This document shows positions 9,499-18,440 of a stretch of DNA of 32,000 nucleotides, piece after piece. Each line of letters starts with the position of its first letter. Positions within the stretch are counted from its first letter, which is position 1. Source of the DNA: Psychrobacter sp. DM4. Lineage in GTDB: Bacteria; Pseudomonadota; Gammaproteobacteria; Pseudomonadales; Moraxellaceae. The DNA lies in contig NZ_CP195536.1 in NCBI RefSeq assembly GCF_051307035.1, positions 2,130,001 to 2,162,000 of the forward strand, given 5' to 3'. Below the pieces are notes generated by a model. The model was not told where the DNA came from. It saw nothing but the letters and a program-made list of their open reading frames with translations, and did no database searches. A program made the position numbers and the translations under genes.

Positions 9499-10491
9499 TT
9501 ATGCTCCCTTGCCAGCTAATGCGCGGCCAATAACTTGTTTGAATAAACGGCGAGTCAGAGGTATCTTAAAGTCATTTTGACCACTACCCTTAGCCTCTTC
9601 TAATAATAAATCAGCCGCCTGTTTGATAACCTCATCATTACCGTCAGTACCTACCAATAACGCTTCGACTGCTTCATTGCGCCACGGCTCGGTACCGATA
9701 CCACCAAATGCTAAGCGCACGGTTGCTAGATGACCTTTATCATCGACATCTATGACCGCCGCACAAGACAGCAAGGCAAAAGCGTATGAGGCACGGTCTC
9801 GCACTTTGTCATAAGTGTGCATACCTTTGATAGGTGCAGGTAGTACGACATGAGTGATCAGCTCACCTGACTCTAATACCGTTTCAATATGCGGGGTATC
9901 TTTTGGTAAGCAATAAAAGTCTTTGACATTAATTTTGCGAGTTGAGCCATCTGCCTTGACGGTCTCGATAGTCGCATCCAACAGACGCATCGCCACTGCC
10001 ATATCGGAGGGATGCTGAGCGATACAAGCGTCGCTCGTGCCCAATATCGCCAAAGTGCGATTCTCACCATCAATGGCAGGGCAACCAGAACCTGGATTAC
10101 GCTTATTGCAAGCGCTATCGGTCTGATAAAAATAGTAGCAACGTGTACGCTGTAAGAAGTTACCGCCGGTCGTGGCTTTATTACGCAACTGACCTGTTGC
10201 CCCTGCCAAGATAGTACGAGATAGGACAGGATAATTGGCGATGACCTCAGGATTAGCGGCCAGATCACTATTGGTAACGAGCGTACCGATTCGCAGTCCG
10301 CCATCGTCCGTGGTCTCTACTTGCGCAAGCTCTAAACGCGTTACGTCAACCAATTTGGTTGGCGTTTCAATCTCAAGCTTCATCAAATCTAAAAGGTTGG
10401 TACCGCCTGCGATAAACGAGGCGTTATTGGCACTGGCAGAAATCGCAGCTTGCTCAGGTGCATTGGCACGGCTATATTCAAAGCGTTTCAT
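9499..10491 (-). CDS. Xanthine dehydrogenase-family FAD-binding subunit (PaoB/YagS-like)
   Basis: 330 aa with a PCMH-type FAD-binding domain (AGGTNLLDLMK). Four clustered Cys (RTRC, SAC, SGC, DAC) resemble the extra [4Fe-4S] site of PaoB. ATGA start/stop overlap with the upstream gene (10488-10491). Confidence 0.88.
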   Translation of the reverse strand: MKRFEYSRANAPEQAAISASANNASFIAGGTNLLDLMKLEIETPTKLVDVTRLELAQVETTDDGGLRIGTLVTNSDLAANPEVIANYPVLSRTILAGATGQLRNKATTGGNFLQRTRCYYFYQTDSACNKRNPGSGCPAIDGENRTLAILGTSDACIAQHPSDMAVAMRLLDATIETVKADGSTRKINVKDFYCLPKDTPHIETVLESGELITHVVLPAPIKGMHTYDKVRDRASYAFALLSCAAVIDVDDKGHLATVRLAFGGIGTEPWRNEAVEALLVGTDGNDEVIKQAADLLLEEAKGSGQNDFKIPLTRRLFKQVIGRALAGKGA

Positions 10492-11120
10492 GAGCGGCCT
10501 CCTGACATTGTTTTTGGCTTGCTAGAGTTACCAAGTTGAGTTTCACTCGGTGGCGGTGACCAGATACCAGTGACGGCGTTTTTTGCTGGCGCATCTATTG
10601 ATGAATCAGCAGCTTGACCTTCTAACACTTGCGAGATGGCTTTGACGATATTGGGATAAGCAGAGCAGCGGCAAATGTTCCCACTCATACGCTCAGCGAT
10701 TTCTTGTACCAGTAGCCCATCGGGATTTTTCAGGTCTTCACTAACATAGCTTGGCCAGTTCTGTTTGACCTCATCAATAAGCGCTGTCGCTGAACAAATC
10801 TGCCCAGGCGTACAGTATCCACACTGAAACGCATCATGATCTTTAAAGGCTTGTTGCAACTCAGATAGCGACTCAGGCATACCGATGCCCTCAATCGTCG
10901 TGATCTCATCACCGTCATGCATAACGGCAAGGGTTAGACAAGCATTGATACGCTCGCCGTTGATCAAAATGGTACAAGCGCCGCATTGACCGTGGTCGCA
11001 GCCTTTTTTGGGACCGGTTATTTGCAAGTGTTGGCGACACAAATCAAGGAGCGTCGTACGAGGGTCAAGGTCATCAAATTGATGCTCTTGTTGGTTAATC
11101 ATTAACGTCAAAGTAGACAT
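10488..11120 (-). CDS. [2Fe-2S] small subunit of XDH-family oxidoreductase (PaoA/YagT-like, no Tat signal)
   Basis: 210 aa. Cluster motifs CDHGQCGACT, CGYCTPG and CRCSAY. The N-terminus MSTLTLMINQQEH lacks a twin-arginine leader. Has a Ser/Pro-rich C-terminal tail of about 45 aa. Confidence 0.88.
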   Translation of the reverse strand: MSTLTLMINQQEHQFDDLDPRTTLLDLCRQHLQITGPKKGCDHGQCGACTILINGERINACLTLAVMHDGDEITTIEGIGMPESLSELQQAFKDHDAFQCGYCTPGQICSATALIDEVKQNWPSYVSEDLKNPDGLLVQEIAERMSGNICRCSAYPNIVKAISQVLEGQAADSSIDAPAKNAVTGIWSPPPSETQLGNSSKPKTMSGGRS

Positions 11121-11501
11121 GCTGGCTTCTCGCTGGCAGTTGGTTTTAGTTTTGGATGGATTGTGGTTTCGATAAGAAAATGAGCTAACAAGTAGATGGA
11201 TTTATTATGACCTATCGACGAGCTAACTTTGTTTTTTCTTTGTAATACTTTTGAAAAATTGAATACGGACTAAAATTATCGGGTGAATTATTAATTATGA
11301 GACAAAAGAGAGCGTCACAATAGATACTCGCGGCGCTACCTAAGGCGCGTCATCTTTAGATGAGTCATAATGTCAATTGACTGATTTTTTACTGAGGATA
11401 TGATCTTTAAGCCTATAACCTCACGTCATAATTTCAAATAAACCTATCAAATCACGCGCCATTGTTTTTACCTTTACTATTATAGTTATTTTGATGGCAT
11501 G

Positions 11502-12569
11502 TTATTCTGATTCGTCACTATTCAAAGCATTATAGCCTGTATAATAGGTTACTCTATCGTTCCGTAAAAATCCTGCCAAACCCAAACCATAACGCTCAGC
11601 GACGCGCACTGCCGTACTGGTCGGCGCTGACATTCCAACGAGCCATGGCAGCCTCATACGGATAGATTTTTGTACCAGCTCGATAGACAGACGTGATGTC
11701 ATCACTACACAATCGATGTCTGCTTTTTGCCGCAATTGCCAGCCGATTAATTTATCAAGGGCATTGTGACGTCCAACATCCTCAAATAGATACAATTGAC
11801 CCTCATAAACCGTTGACGCTGCATGAACAGCACCTGTTAACTGATGAGTGTGCTGGGCAGCATCTATTTGTATTCTTATCGCAAGCAAAGTCTCTAACTC
11901 TGGACGCGGGCTTGACTCAGAGCGAGCAGTTAAAGAGCTCTGATAAGTGCTCAAATCTGGCAATGCTTGAGTCAAGCCCGTAATACCGCACATACCACAG
12001 CCTGTACGCCCTGCTAGTTGGCGCTTTTGCGCTTGAATACGCTGATGGCAGCGCTGATTGAGCACCAGCTCTACGACATAAATATCATAGTCTAATAAAT
12101 GCTCAAACGACGTTTCTAGGTTGTCACTATTGTCTTCGTTAAAGGATTTATCGTTATCACCAAAGGCTTTAAAATCAGCGCTATCAGTCAGTTGAGTAAC
12201 GTCCCAATCAAGCAAGTCTCGACTGTGATCTATTAGGCCTTCACTAAACAAAAACCCAACAGCTAGATACTCTAACTGTTGGGGACTTGCCATTAATACG
12301 GCGTAATGAATGCCATTGATTACGATAGCAACAGCCGCCTCAATAGCAAGATCTGCCTGCCGACTATCAATATCAAAATCAATCTTATCTGTTGCGCTCG
12401 GCGACGTTGCATTGAGCGATTTGACAGAACCAGACTTTTTATCCTTTTTTTTATTCTCAGCCTGCAAGTAAGCGTGCTTGTGCGTGAAATGGCTACGCGA
12501 CAAGGGAGATACTGGTGTCAGTGCCAATGTTGATGCACGCGCGCTCTGTAAGTCTGTATCAATGGTCAT
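11502..12569 (-). CDS. fdhD: Formate dehydrogenase accessory sulfurtransferase FdhD
   Basis: GRTGCGMCG and GRHNALDKLIG motifs. At 355 aa it is longer than E. coli FdhD (277 aa, from memory) because of an N-terminal extension and an acidic insertion (FNEDNSDNLETSFEH). Confidence 0.88.
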   Translation of the reverse strand: MTIDTDLQSARASTLALTPVSPLSRSHFTHKHAYLQAENKKKDKKSGSVKSLNATSPSATDKIDFDIDSRQADLAIEAAVAIVINGIHYAVLMASPQQLEYLAVGFLFSEGLIDHSRDLLDWDVTQLTDSADFKAFGDNDKSFNEDNSDNLETSFEHLLDYDIYVVELVLNQRCHQRIQAQKRQLAGRTGCGMCGITGLTQALPDLSTYQSSLTARSESSPRPELETLLAIRIQIDAAQHTHQLTGAVHAASTVYEGQLYLFEDVGRHNALDKLIGWQLRQKADIDCVVMTSRLSIELVQKSIRMRLPWLVGMSAPTSTAVRVAERYGLGLAGFLRNDRVTYYTGYNALNSDESE

Positions 12570-12630
12570 AACTACTCGTGAACCTATAACTTATAAATAC
12601 TTTCTAAGCAGCGCAATTACTATCAGTATG

Positions 12631-15000
12631 CTAAGCGGGTACTGCTGAGCTTAAATCCTCTACGACCTTTTCACGACTGCTTTGCTTAACTTGACTTATT
12701 TTCTCCAACACAACCGTTGCCGATTTATAGGCTGGTATATGCGAGTCTGGCGCTTTGGTATCTAAATCAAATAGATCATTACATTCAGGATAGTAGGTGG
12801 CGACCGCGTTGGCAGCGATGTCCATTTCTGTCAGTACCAGTGGCCCTAACACGCGTTTCTCGCCATTGCTCGTCTCGCGAGTAATTTGAACAGTATCGCC
12901 TTTACTAAAGCCTATTCGGCTCATCTCATCAGGATGCATAAAGAGCACATCACGGCGATCCGTTTGACGGTAGCGGTCTTTATAACCGAAAATCATCGTA
13001 TTAAACTGATCATGGCTACGGACACTCGTTAATTGCCAGACTTGCTGCTTGTTATTTTGCTTGTTCATAGCGTTGTTATCGCTATGGTTGAGTGCTGAGG
13101 TTCGCGTTGCCATCTGCTCTACAACAAAGGTAATCGGATACTGCGGCACCTCAAACTGTGCCTTTTTGCTATCAGTATTCCAGACACGATGACGCGCAGG
13201 ATGATAAAGATGAAAACCACGATCAGCGGCGCGTACGCGATAATTGAAGTTATCAAAACCTTCAATAGCCTCAGCAACATAGTCACGAATAATATCGAAG
13301 TCCTCACCCATCTGTTGCCAAGGAATATCGAACTTGTCACCGAGTACATGGGTTGCCATATCAGCAACAATCTGCACCTCAGACTTTAAGTGATCACTTA
13401 TCGGCCTGAGGTTACCTTTAGAGCGCGCAATCTGGCACATGGAGTCCTCTGTTGTGACGAACTGCTCACCTTTGCTAGTGATGATCTTTTCGGTACGGCT
13501 GATACAAGGCAAGATAATGTTATTAGCGCCAGGATGTAGCATTGTGCCGTTTAGCTTAGTGGCGACAAAAACATTGAGTCGAGTGGTTGTTAATGCTTGT
13601 TGAATCGCGCTCTTATCTGGTGCAGCTACCGCATAGTTACCACCCATACTGACAAAAGCTTTAAGCTTGCCGGCGATCAAGGCTTTGGCACCTGCAACGA
13701 CATCGAAACCATCTTCACGCGGCATTGGCTGTTTAAACACGCGTTCAAGACTATCGAGTAGCTTTGCGTCTGGGCGCTCGTGGACACCCATCGTGCGATC
13801 GCCCTGTACGTTAGAGTGTCCGCGTACTGGAGATGCGCCAGCACCCTCGATACCGATCATACCCATCAGCAGTAGCAAATTGGTAATCATCGCAACATTA
13901 TCATCACCTTGAACGTGCTGGGTAATTCCCATGCCCCACGTACAGATGGTCGCTGGACTGTCGGCAACCATGCGCGCAACCTCGATAATTTGCGCCTGCT
14001 CAATACCTGAGCCACGCTCAATATCTGTCCATGATTGTGCCATTAGCCACTGTTTTAATGGCTCAAACCCTGAGGTGTGCTGGGAGATAAAGTCAGTATT
14101 AATCTTGTCGTTTTCAATTAGCCACTTAGCGATACCTGTCAGTAATGCAGCGTCACCACCGATCTGAATTTGGATCACATCATCAACTAGATCATCGCTC
14201 TGACCTGCTGCCATGTGCGCAGGCTTTTGCGGATTTCTAAAGGCACTCAATCCTTGCTCACGCATCGGATTGACAGAGAGTATCTTGCAGCCTTGCTTAT
14301 GAGCGTGCGCAAGCATCTCTAGCATACGCGGATGATTGGTCGCCGGATTTTGACCGAACATAATAATAAGGCGCGCTTGCTCAAAATCCTCTAACATTAC
14401 TGTCGCTTTGCCCACCCCCAATTGACGACCGAGCATCACTGAAGTCGGTTCATGACACATATTGGAGCAATCGGGCATATTGTTGGTGCCAAACAGACGT
14501 ACAAACAGCTGGTACAAAAAAGCGGGCTCATTGGTCACGCGCCCTGAGGTATAAAATAGCGCCTCATCAGGAGAGTCCAATCGATTGAGCTCTGTAGCAA
14601 TACGCTCAAAAGCGGCGTCCCAAGAGATTGGCACGTAGCGATCTTGCGCAGCATTATAGGCCATCGGCTCTGACAAGCGTCCACTGTGCTCAAGCTCATA
14701 TCCAGTCCAGCTTTGCAGCGCAGTTACAGTATTTTTGGCAAAGAACGCCGCGTCCGCTTTGGTCGACATAGTCTCACTAGCGATTACTTTAAATCCGGTC
14801 TCACAGACATCTAAAGTCTTGTGAGTTTTGTGATCAGGCCACGCACAACCGGGACAATCAAAACCACCATTGGGCTGATTGCTCATCAGTACGCTCAAAC
14901 TCCCGCGCAAAAAGGCTTTGTAGTCCATAAGTTTGCGAGTCGATGCAACGAGCGCAGGCCAACCGGCCGCAGGATGAGCATAAATAGGAATCTTGCGCAT
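12631..15000 (-). CDS. FdhF/YdeP-family molybdopterin (bis-MGD) oxidoreductase, Cys-type
   Basis: N-terminal Fe-S motif CPGCAWPD...C and active-site region PDCSNMCHEPTS (Cys, not Sec). Start moved from 15084 to ATG 15000 (MRKIPIYAHPAAGWPAL), which has GAGG 8 nt upstream. Confidence 0.88.
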   Translation of the reverse strand: MRKIPIYAHPAAGWPALVASTRKLMDYKAFLRGSLSVLMSNQPNGGFDCPGCAWPDHKTHKTLDVCETGFKVIASETMSTKADAAFFAKNTVTALQSWTGYELEHSGRLSEPMAYNAAQDRYVPISWDAAFERIATELNRLDSPDEALFYTSGRVTNEPAFLYQLFVRLFGTNNMPDCSNMCHEPTSVMLGRQLGVGKATVMLEDFEQARLIIMFGQNPATNHPRMLEMLAHAHKQGCKILSVNPMREQGLSAFRNPQKPAHMAAGQSDDLVDDVIQIQIGGDAALLTGIAKWLIENDKINTDFISQHTSGFEPLKQWLMAQSWTDIERGSGIEQAQIIEVARMVADSPATICTWGMGITQHVQGDDNVAMITNLLLLMGMIGIEGAGASPVRGHSNVQGDRTMGVHERPDAKLLDSLERVFKQPMPREDGFDVVAGAKALIAGKLKAFVSMGGNYAVAAPDKSAIQQALTTTRLNVFVATKLNGTMLHPGANNIILPCISRTEKIITSKGEQFVTTEDSMCQIARSKGNLRPISDHLKSEVQIVADMATHVLGDKFDIPWQQMGEDFDIIRDYVAEAIEGFDNFNYRVRAADRGFHLYHPARHRVWNTDSKKAQFEVPQYPITFVVEQMATRTSALNHSDNNAMNKQNNKQQVWQLTSVRSHDQFNTMIFGYKDRYRQTDRRDVLFMHPDEMSRIGFSKGDTVQITRETSNGEKRVLGPLVLTEMDIAANAVATYYPECNDLFDLDTKAPDSHIPAYKSATVVLEKISQVKQSSREKVVEDLSSAVPA

Positions 15001-15236
15001 GGTAGACCTCATGTCATTTATGGTATTAAAACTAGAGTAAAAAGTAGGTGCTGAAAAAGAACAGCTATGACAACTAGTATTCAACGTAATCTTAAAAATA
15101 GCCAGTAGAAACCTAGCAATATGAATGCTTCTTCACAAAAGTAAACGTGCTGGTCAAGATAAATAACGTAAAACAAAAAGACAAAGCAATAAAGTCAAAA
15201 ATATGGGATGCGTAACCGTTTGTTAAATATGAATTT

Positions 15237-16118
15237 CTATCCTATTTGACCGGCACATACCTTACAGGAATAGTCTCTTTTAAATCGTAGATTGTGTTGA
15301 CTCATATGCTTGCCATCCCAGTTTAGTAATTGACCTGACAACGGATTGTGACCTAGTCCTAGATATTGCAGAGCAAGATTGGCTTGCATATTACCCATCA
15401 CTGTCGTTGTGCTGGCAAGTACACCAGAGTTGGCACAATTTTGCTCGACGCTTTTATTTGTGAGTATCTCTCCAAACACGCAGTAATAACATCCCGTGTT
15501 TTTATACGGCTCGTATAGCGCGAGCTGCCCTGTCATAGCGATAGCTGAGGCTGAGAGTAGTGGCAAACGCTCTACCACACTGATCTCATTTAACAGCTGA
15601 CGAATCGCAAAGTTGTCCGTACAGTCAAGCAGTAGAATAGTTGAGTGATCCGCACTATGAGGGACGAGCGACTCATGCCTCTTTTGCGCTATCAAGTCTG
15701 ATAGATCATCCATCGATTGTGCATCTAGACGCTGCATGCTATAGCTGACTTCGATCAAAGGATTTATCTGATTTAACACCTCAGATGCGGTCTCAGCTTT
15801 GTTCTGACCGACATTTGATGCGGTAAATAATGTTTGCCGCTGTAAGTTGCTCATCTCAATCGTGTCATCATCAATCAGATGAATATGACCGACCCCTGCC
15901 CGCGCTAAAGTCTCAGATGCTGGACAACCTAAGCCGCCTGCGCCAACAATGATTGCCGTACTGGCTTTTAGACGTACCTGCGCGCTAACATCCCAGCCAT
16001 CGAGTAGCACCTGACGGGCATAACGCATCAGCTCATCATCAGTTAATTGTAGATATGGTTTGCTCGTATCTGACACGTCAATCCTTTTGTATCTGACTAT
16101 AGATGCCATATTGTACAA
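15237..16118 (-). CDS. moeB: Molybdopterin-synthase adenylyltransferase MoeB (ThiF/HesA family)
   Basis: VGAGGLGCP nucleotide loop, CYYC and CKVC zinc motifs, and colinearity with E. coli MoeB by recollection. An alternative GTG start at 16076 is preceded by AAGGA and gives an N-terminus closer in length to E. coli MoeB. Confidence 0.85.
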   Translation of the reverse strand: MYNMASIVRYKRIDVSDTSKPYLQLTDDELMRYARQVLLDGWDVSAQVRLKASTAIIVGAGGLGCPASETLARAGVGHIHLIDDDTIEMSNLQRQTLFTASNVGQNKAETASEVLNQINPLIEVSYSMQRLDAQSMDDLSDLIAQKRHESLVPHSADHSTILLLDCTDNFAIRQLLNEISVVERLPLLSASAIAMTGQLALYEPYKNTGCYYCVFGEILTNKSVEQNCANSGVLASTTTVMGNMQANLALQYLGLGHNPLSGQLLNWDGKHMSQHNLRFKRDYSCKVCAGQIG

Positions 16119-16191
16119 TAGTCATAGCTATCGAGGATGACTTTTAGGATGTCCTCCTATAATGATAATGCGTCAATAGTTAAATAAACGC

Positions 16192-16219
16192 TTGCAAAGT
16201 CGCCAAAACTTGCTAAAAT
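16192..16219 (+). promoter_or_regulatory. Sigma70-type promoter of tRNA-Val
   Basis: TTGCAA (16192-16197), 16-nt spacer, TAAAAT (16214-16219). It ends 13 nt before the mature tRNA 5' end. Confidence 0.65.
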
Positions 16220-16232
16220 GCATGGCCTAAAT

Positions 16233-16309
<77 letters not shown>

Positions 16310-16316
16310 AATTTAG

Positions 16317-16348
16317 AAAGCCCCAATCTCACGATTGGGGCTTTTTTT
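16317..16348 (+). terminator. Rho-independent terminator of tRNA-Val
   Basis: AAAGCCCCAATC-tcac-GATTGGGGCTTT followed by a T run. Confidence 0.9.
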
Positions 16349-16702
16349 ATGCGCATAGTATGAGGGCTGTAGCGCAAAAACTTGACTTGCATCGCTCTAT
16401 GATTATGTTAACCAAGTTAGCTCATAATGACTAAAAAAAGCGACGGTGACCAAATGGTGACCACCCCTTCAAAACTGTAAAAAATAAAACCCTCTTTTTG
16501 ACCTCTACCTTAGTTTCTAACTTTGAGTCTATTCTCCCTTACTTTCTGGTTTATACTCTTTGAGCTATGCTGAAAAAACTATAGACCTAAACTTAATAAA
16601 TCAAGTTCATTAATAGAAGTTTGTTCATCTATCTTGTTTTAACGCAATAGACTCGACAACTGATAACCAATTTTTGCCACGACTACCATTGTTCAATACT
16701 GG

Positions 16703-16741
16703 ATAATCTCGATCACTGTGTTTCATTGTTATCGAGATTAT
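16703..16741. repeat. Perfect 11-bp inverted repeat with a 17-nt spacer, downstream of the lipoprotein gene
   Basis: ATAATCTCGAT (16703-16713) and ATCGAGATTAT (16731-16741). There is no U tract on the minus strand, so it is not a classical terminator. Confidence 0.5.
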
Positions 16742-16810
16742 GCCTTTAGGTATCCCAGATACAGTTGATACTGTAGTGGCGCCTTTCACACCACATCGGT
16801 TACATTGCTA

Positions 16811-17911
16811 TTAGCGGCCGCCTACCCACACTCTGTAAATATAGTAAGGGGGCTGACCTTGATCAACAGTGCCAGTGAACTGTGATGTTTTGTGCAATTG
16901 ATTCACCGCAACATATAACCAGCCATTGGTATCTAAAGACACGTTGTCAGGCCAATCGAATCGACTATCTCGTACTAACGGTGTCATCTGTCCTTTATTA
17001 TCGAGCACATCTACGCCATTATCATTTAAGTTGGTAATGTAGTGGTTTCCGTGACTGTCTATAGTAGCACCGTCTGAAACGGGCTTATCACCAACACGAA
17101 TAATGCTCTTACCAATCTTCTCATCACTAGCATTCGCTCTAAATAAGGTCGCGTCTAAGCTGTACCAAGATCTACCATTCATCGCGCCAAAATAAATCGT
17201 ATTATTATCGGCGGACATCGTAATCGGGTTAATGCCGTTGTTTACCGGCTGACCACCTAGCATAATATCCACACCATTGATCACTATTTTTGCATCAGCT
17301 TCAGGTTGCAAAGCGACGTGATTGCCAAAACGACGTATTTCATTGGTGTTCATATTAATGGCAATAATGGCTGGATTGGGAATATCGGCTAAATAAATCC
17401 ATCCATTTTTTCTATCGACCACTAAATCTTGCACAAAGCTATTTTTTGGTGCGATGTCTGTAGGTATATCGATTTTGCTAATCAATGTACCGGTTGCAAT
17501 ATCAAAGCCCCAAACCCGAGTTTTACCGATGTGCTGGCCCATATCGACAATCCATAATCCACCTTGATTGTCTTTGGTTATACCTAATGGTGTATCAATG
17601 GTCGCTTCACCATACTGCCCTTTAGGCGATTGAAACTTATTTGAAGGCCAAGGCTGATAACTGTTGGGCCCAGTCACTTCAAACAGCTGCACTCCCTGTT
17701 CACCGTCGTTGGGATGCACGGTAGAAAACACCCGACCATCGCTCGTAGCCATGACGTTCCCTGGGCGAATAGGCAAACCGATAACGGTTTCTATCTGTCC
17801 CAACGTAGCGACCTCACTTTTTACTTGAGGAGCAGATATAGCTTCGCTCTTAATTAAGCTACATCCTGCTAGGGCCATAGTGACTAACCCAATAATAAAA
17901 ATATTCTTCAT
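16811..17911 (-). CDS. Lipoprotein, six-bladed beta-propeller of the major royal jelly protein/yellow (L-dopachrome tautomerase-related) type
   Basis: Signal peptide plus lipobox (MALAGC). Repeated propeller-like blocks: GGLWIVDMG, GWIYLADI, ITMSADNNTIYFGAMNG..WYSL, DGATIDSHGNHYITN, WPDNVSLDTNGWLYVAVNQL. The family call is from motif recollection, not a search. Confidence 0.6.
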   Translation of the reverse strand: MKNIFIIGLVTMALAGCSLIKSEAISAPQVKSEVATLGQIETVIGLPIRPGNVMATSDGRVFSTVHPNDGEQGVQLFEVTGPNSYQPWPSNKFQSPKGQYGEATIDTPLGITKDNQGGLWIVDMGQHIGKTRVWGFDIATGTLISKIDIPTDIAPKNSFVQDLVVDRKNGWIYLADIPNPAIIAINMNTNEIRRFGNHVALQPEADAKIVINGVDIMLGGQPVNNGINPITMSADNNTIYFGAMNGRSWYSLDATLFRANASDEKIGKSIIRVGDKPVSDGATIDSHGNHYITNLNDNGVDVLDNKGQMTPLVRDSRFDWPDNVSLDTNGWLYVAVNQLHKTSQFTGTVDQGQPPYYIYRVWVGGR

Positions 17912-17956
17912 CGTAAATTCCTGAGTGTTTGAAGAGGCCTGTAGTGACCCCTTTAT

Positions 17957-18244
17957 CTAATGTGATTGCTTTAAGTGAAGAGGTTGACTGGCTTGCTTAT
18001 CCTCATCTTCTGGATGATAACGCATGAGGTCCATTCTCACTTTTCCACTAAATTTTTCCGTTGTTTCAATAACACTTTTAAAACCATCAGTTTGAAGACA
18101 AAAATGAAAAATAGCCAGTCGAGAGAAGTCTACTTTATGTCGCTTTGCGCGTTCTTTCATTTCAAATGACTTAACGCTATCGGTAGTCGCTAAGCGTGCG
18201 ATATTAGAACCTTTGAGACCTTCGCCAAAGATAGCAATGCACAT
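17957..18244 (-). CDS. Hypothetical protein (orphan 95-aa ORF; possibly a gene remnant)
   Basis: An ORF only, with no recognisable family and no Shine-Dalgarno. A TATTATAAG -10-like box lies immediately upstream of the ATG. The ORF ends 45 nt before the lipoprotein gene start. Confidence 0.3.
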   Translation of the reverse strand: MCIAIFGEGLKGSNIARLATTDSVKSFEMKERAKRHKVDFSRLAIFHFCLQTDGFKSVIETTEKFSGKVRMDLMRYHPEDEDKQASQPLHLKQSH

Positions 18245-18411
18245 TCAACTTATAATAGACTCGCACTCTTCTCCAAACTCAGATGAATAATTCGTAATTT
18301 ATTTCGATGAAGTGAGTATAATTCCTACGTAAGCGCGATTTTGTACTTTTTGGTTTTTTAAGGATTGATAAAATATCTCTATCGGATTTGACTATTAGGA
18401 GAGCTGTCCGC

Positions 18412-18440
18412 TTACATAATGAAATATGTCACCCTATAAT
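18412..18440 (+). promoter_or_regulatory. Sigma70-type promoter for the glycosyltransferase gene
   Basis: TTACAT (18412-18417), 17-nt spacer, consensus TATAAT (18435-18440). It lies 36 nt upstream of the TTG start. Confidence 0.55.

Noticed and set aside
9873-10304. 143-aa minus-strand ORF nested in another frame of the FAD-subunit gene. The same applies to other nested or antisense ORFs in the track (e.g. 577-774, 1625-1861, 2720-3049, 3601-3852, 7393-7584, 8034-8276, 13119-13370, 13667-13912, 20247-20456, 22949-23257, 23164-23514, 24840-25133, 27339-27575, 28603-28824, 29457-29678).
   Set aside because: All lie entirely inside strongly recognisable conserved genes in a different frame or strand. 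Their Cys/Arg/Ser-rich or odd compositions are typical of out-of-frame translation, and they have no start-site signals.
11121-11501. Possible regulatory elements in the 381-nt fdhD to paoA-like spacer (TCATCT-tt-AGATGA palindrome near 11350-11363; GAGCTAAC direct repeat at about 11182 and 11219)
   Set aside because: The motifs are short (6-8 nt) and at chance level in AT-rich DNA. I could not assign a convincing promoter or a known operator consensus, so they are not reported as features.
15094-15106. 13-mer AAAAATAGCCAGT shared between 15094-15106 and 18109-18121, with a near copy around 27256
   Set aside because: With about 64,000 positions on both strands, dozens of chance 13-mer matches are expected. 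The contexts are unrelated: one intergenic, one inside an ORF.
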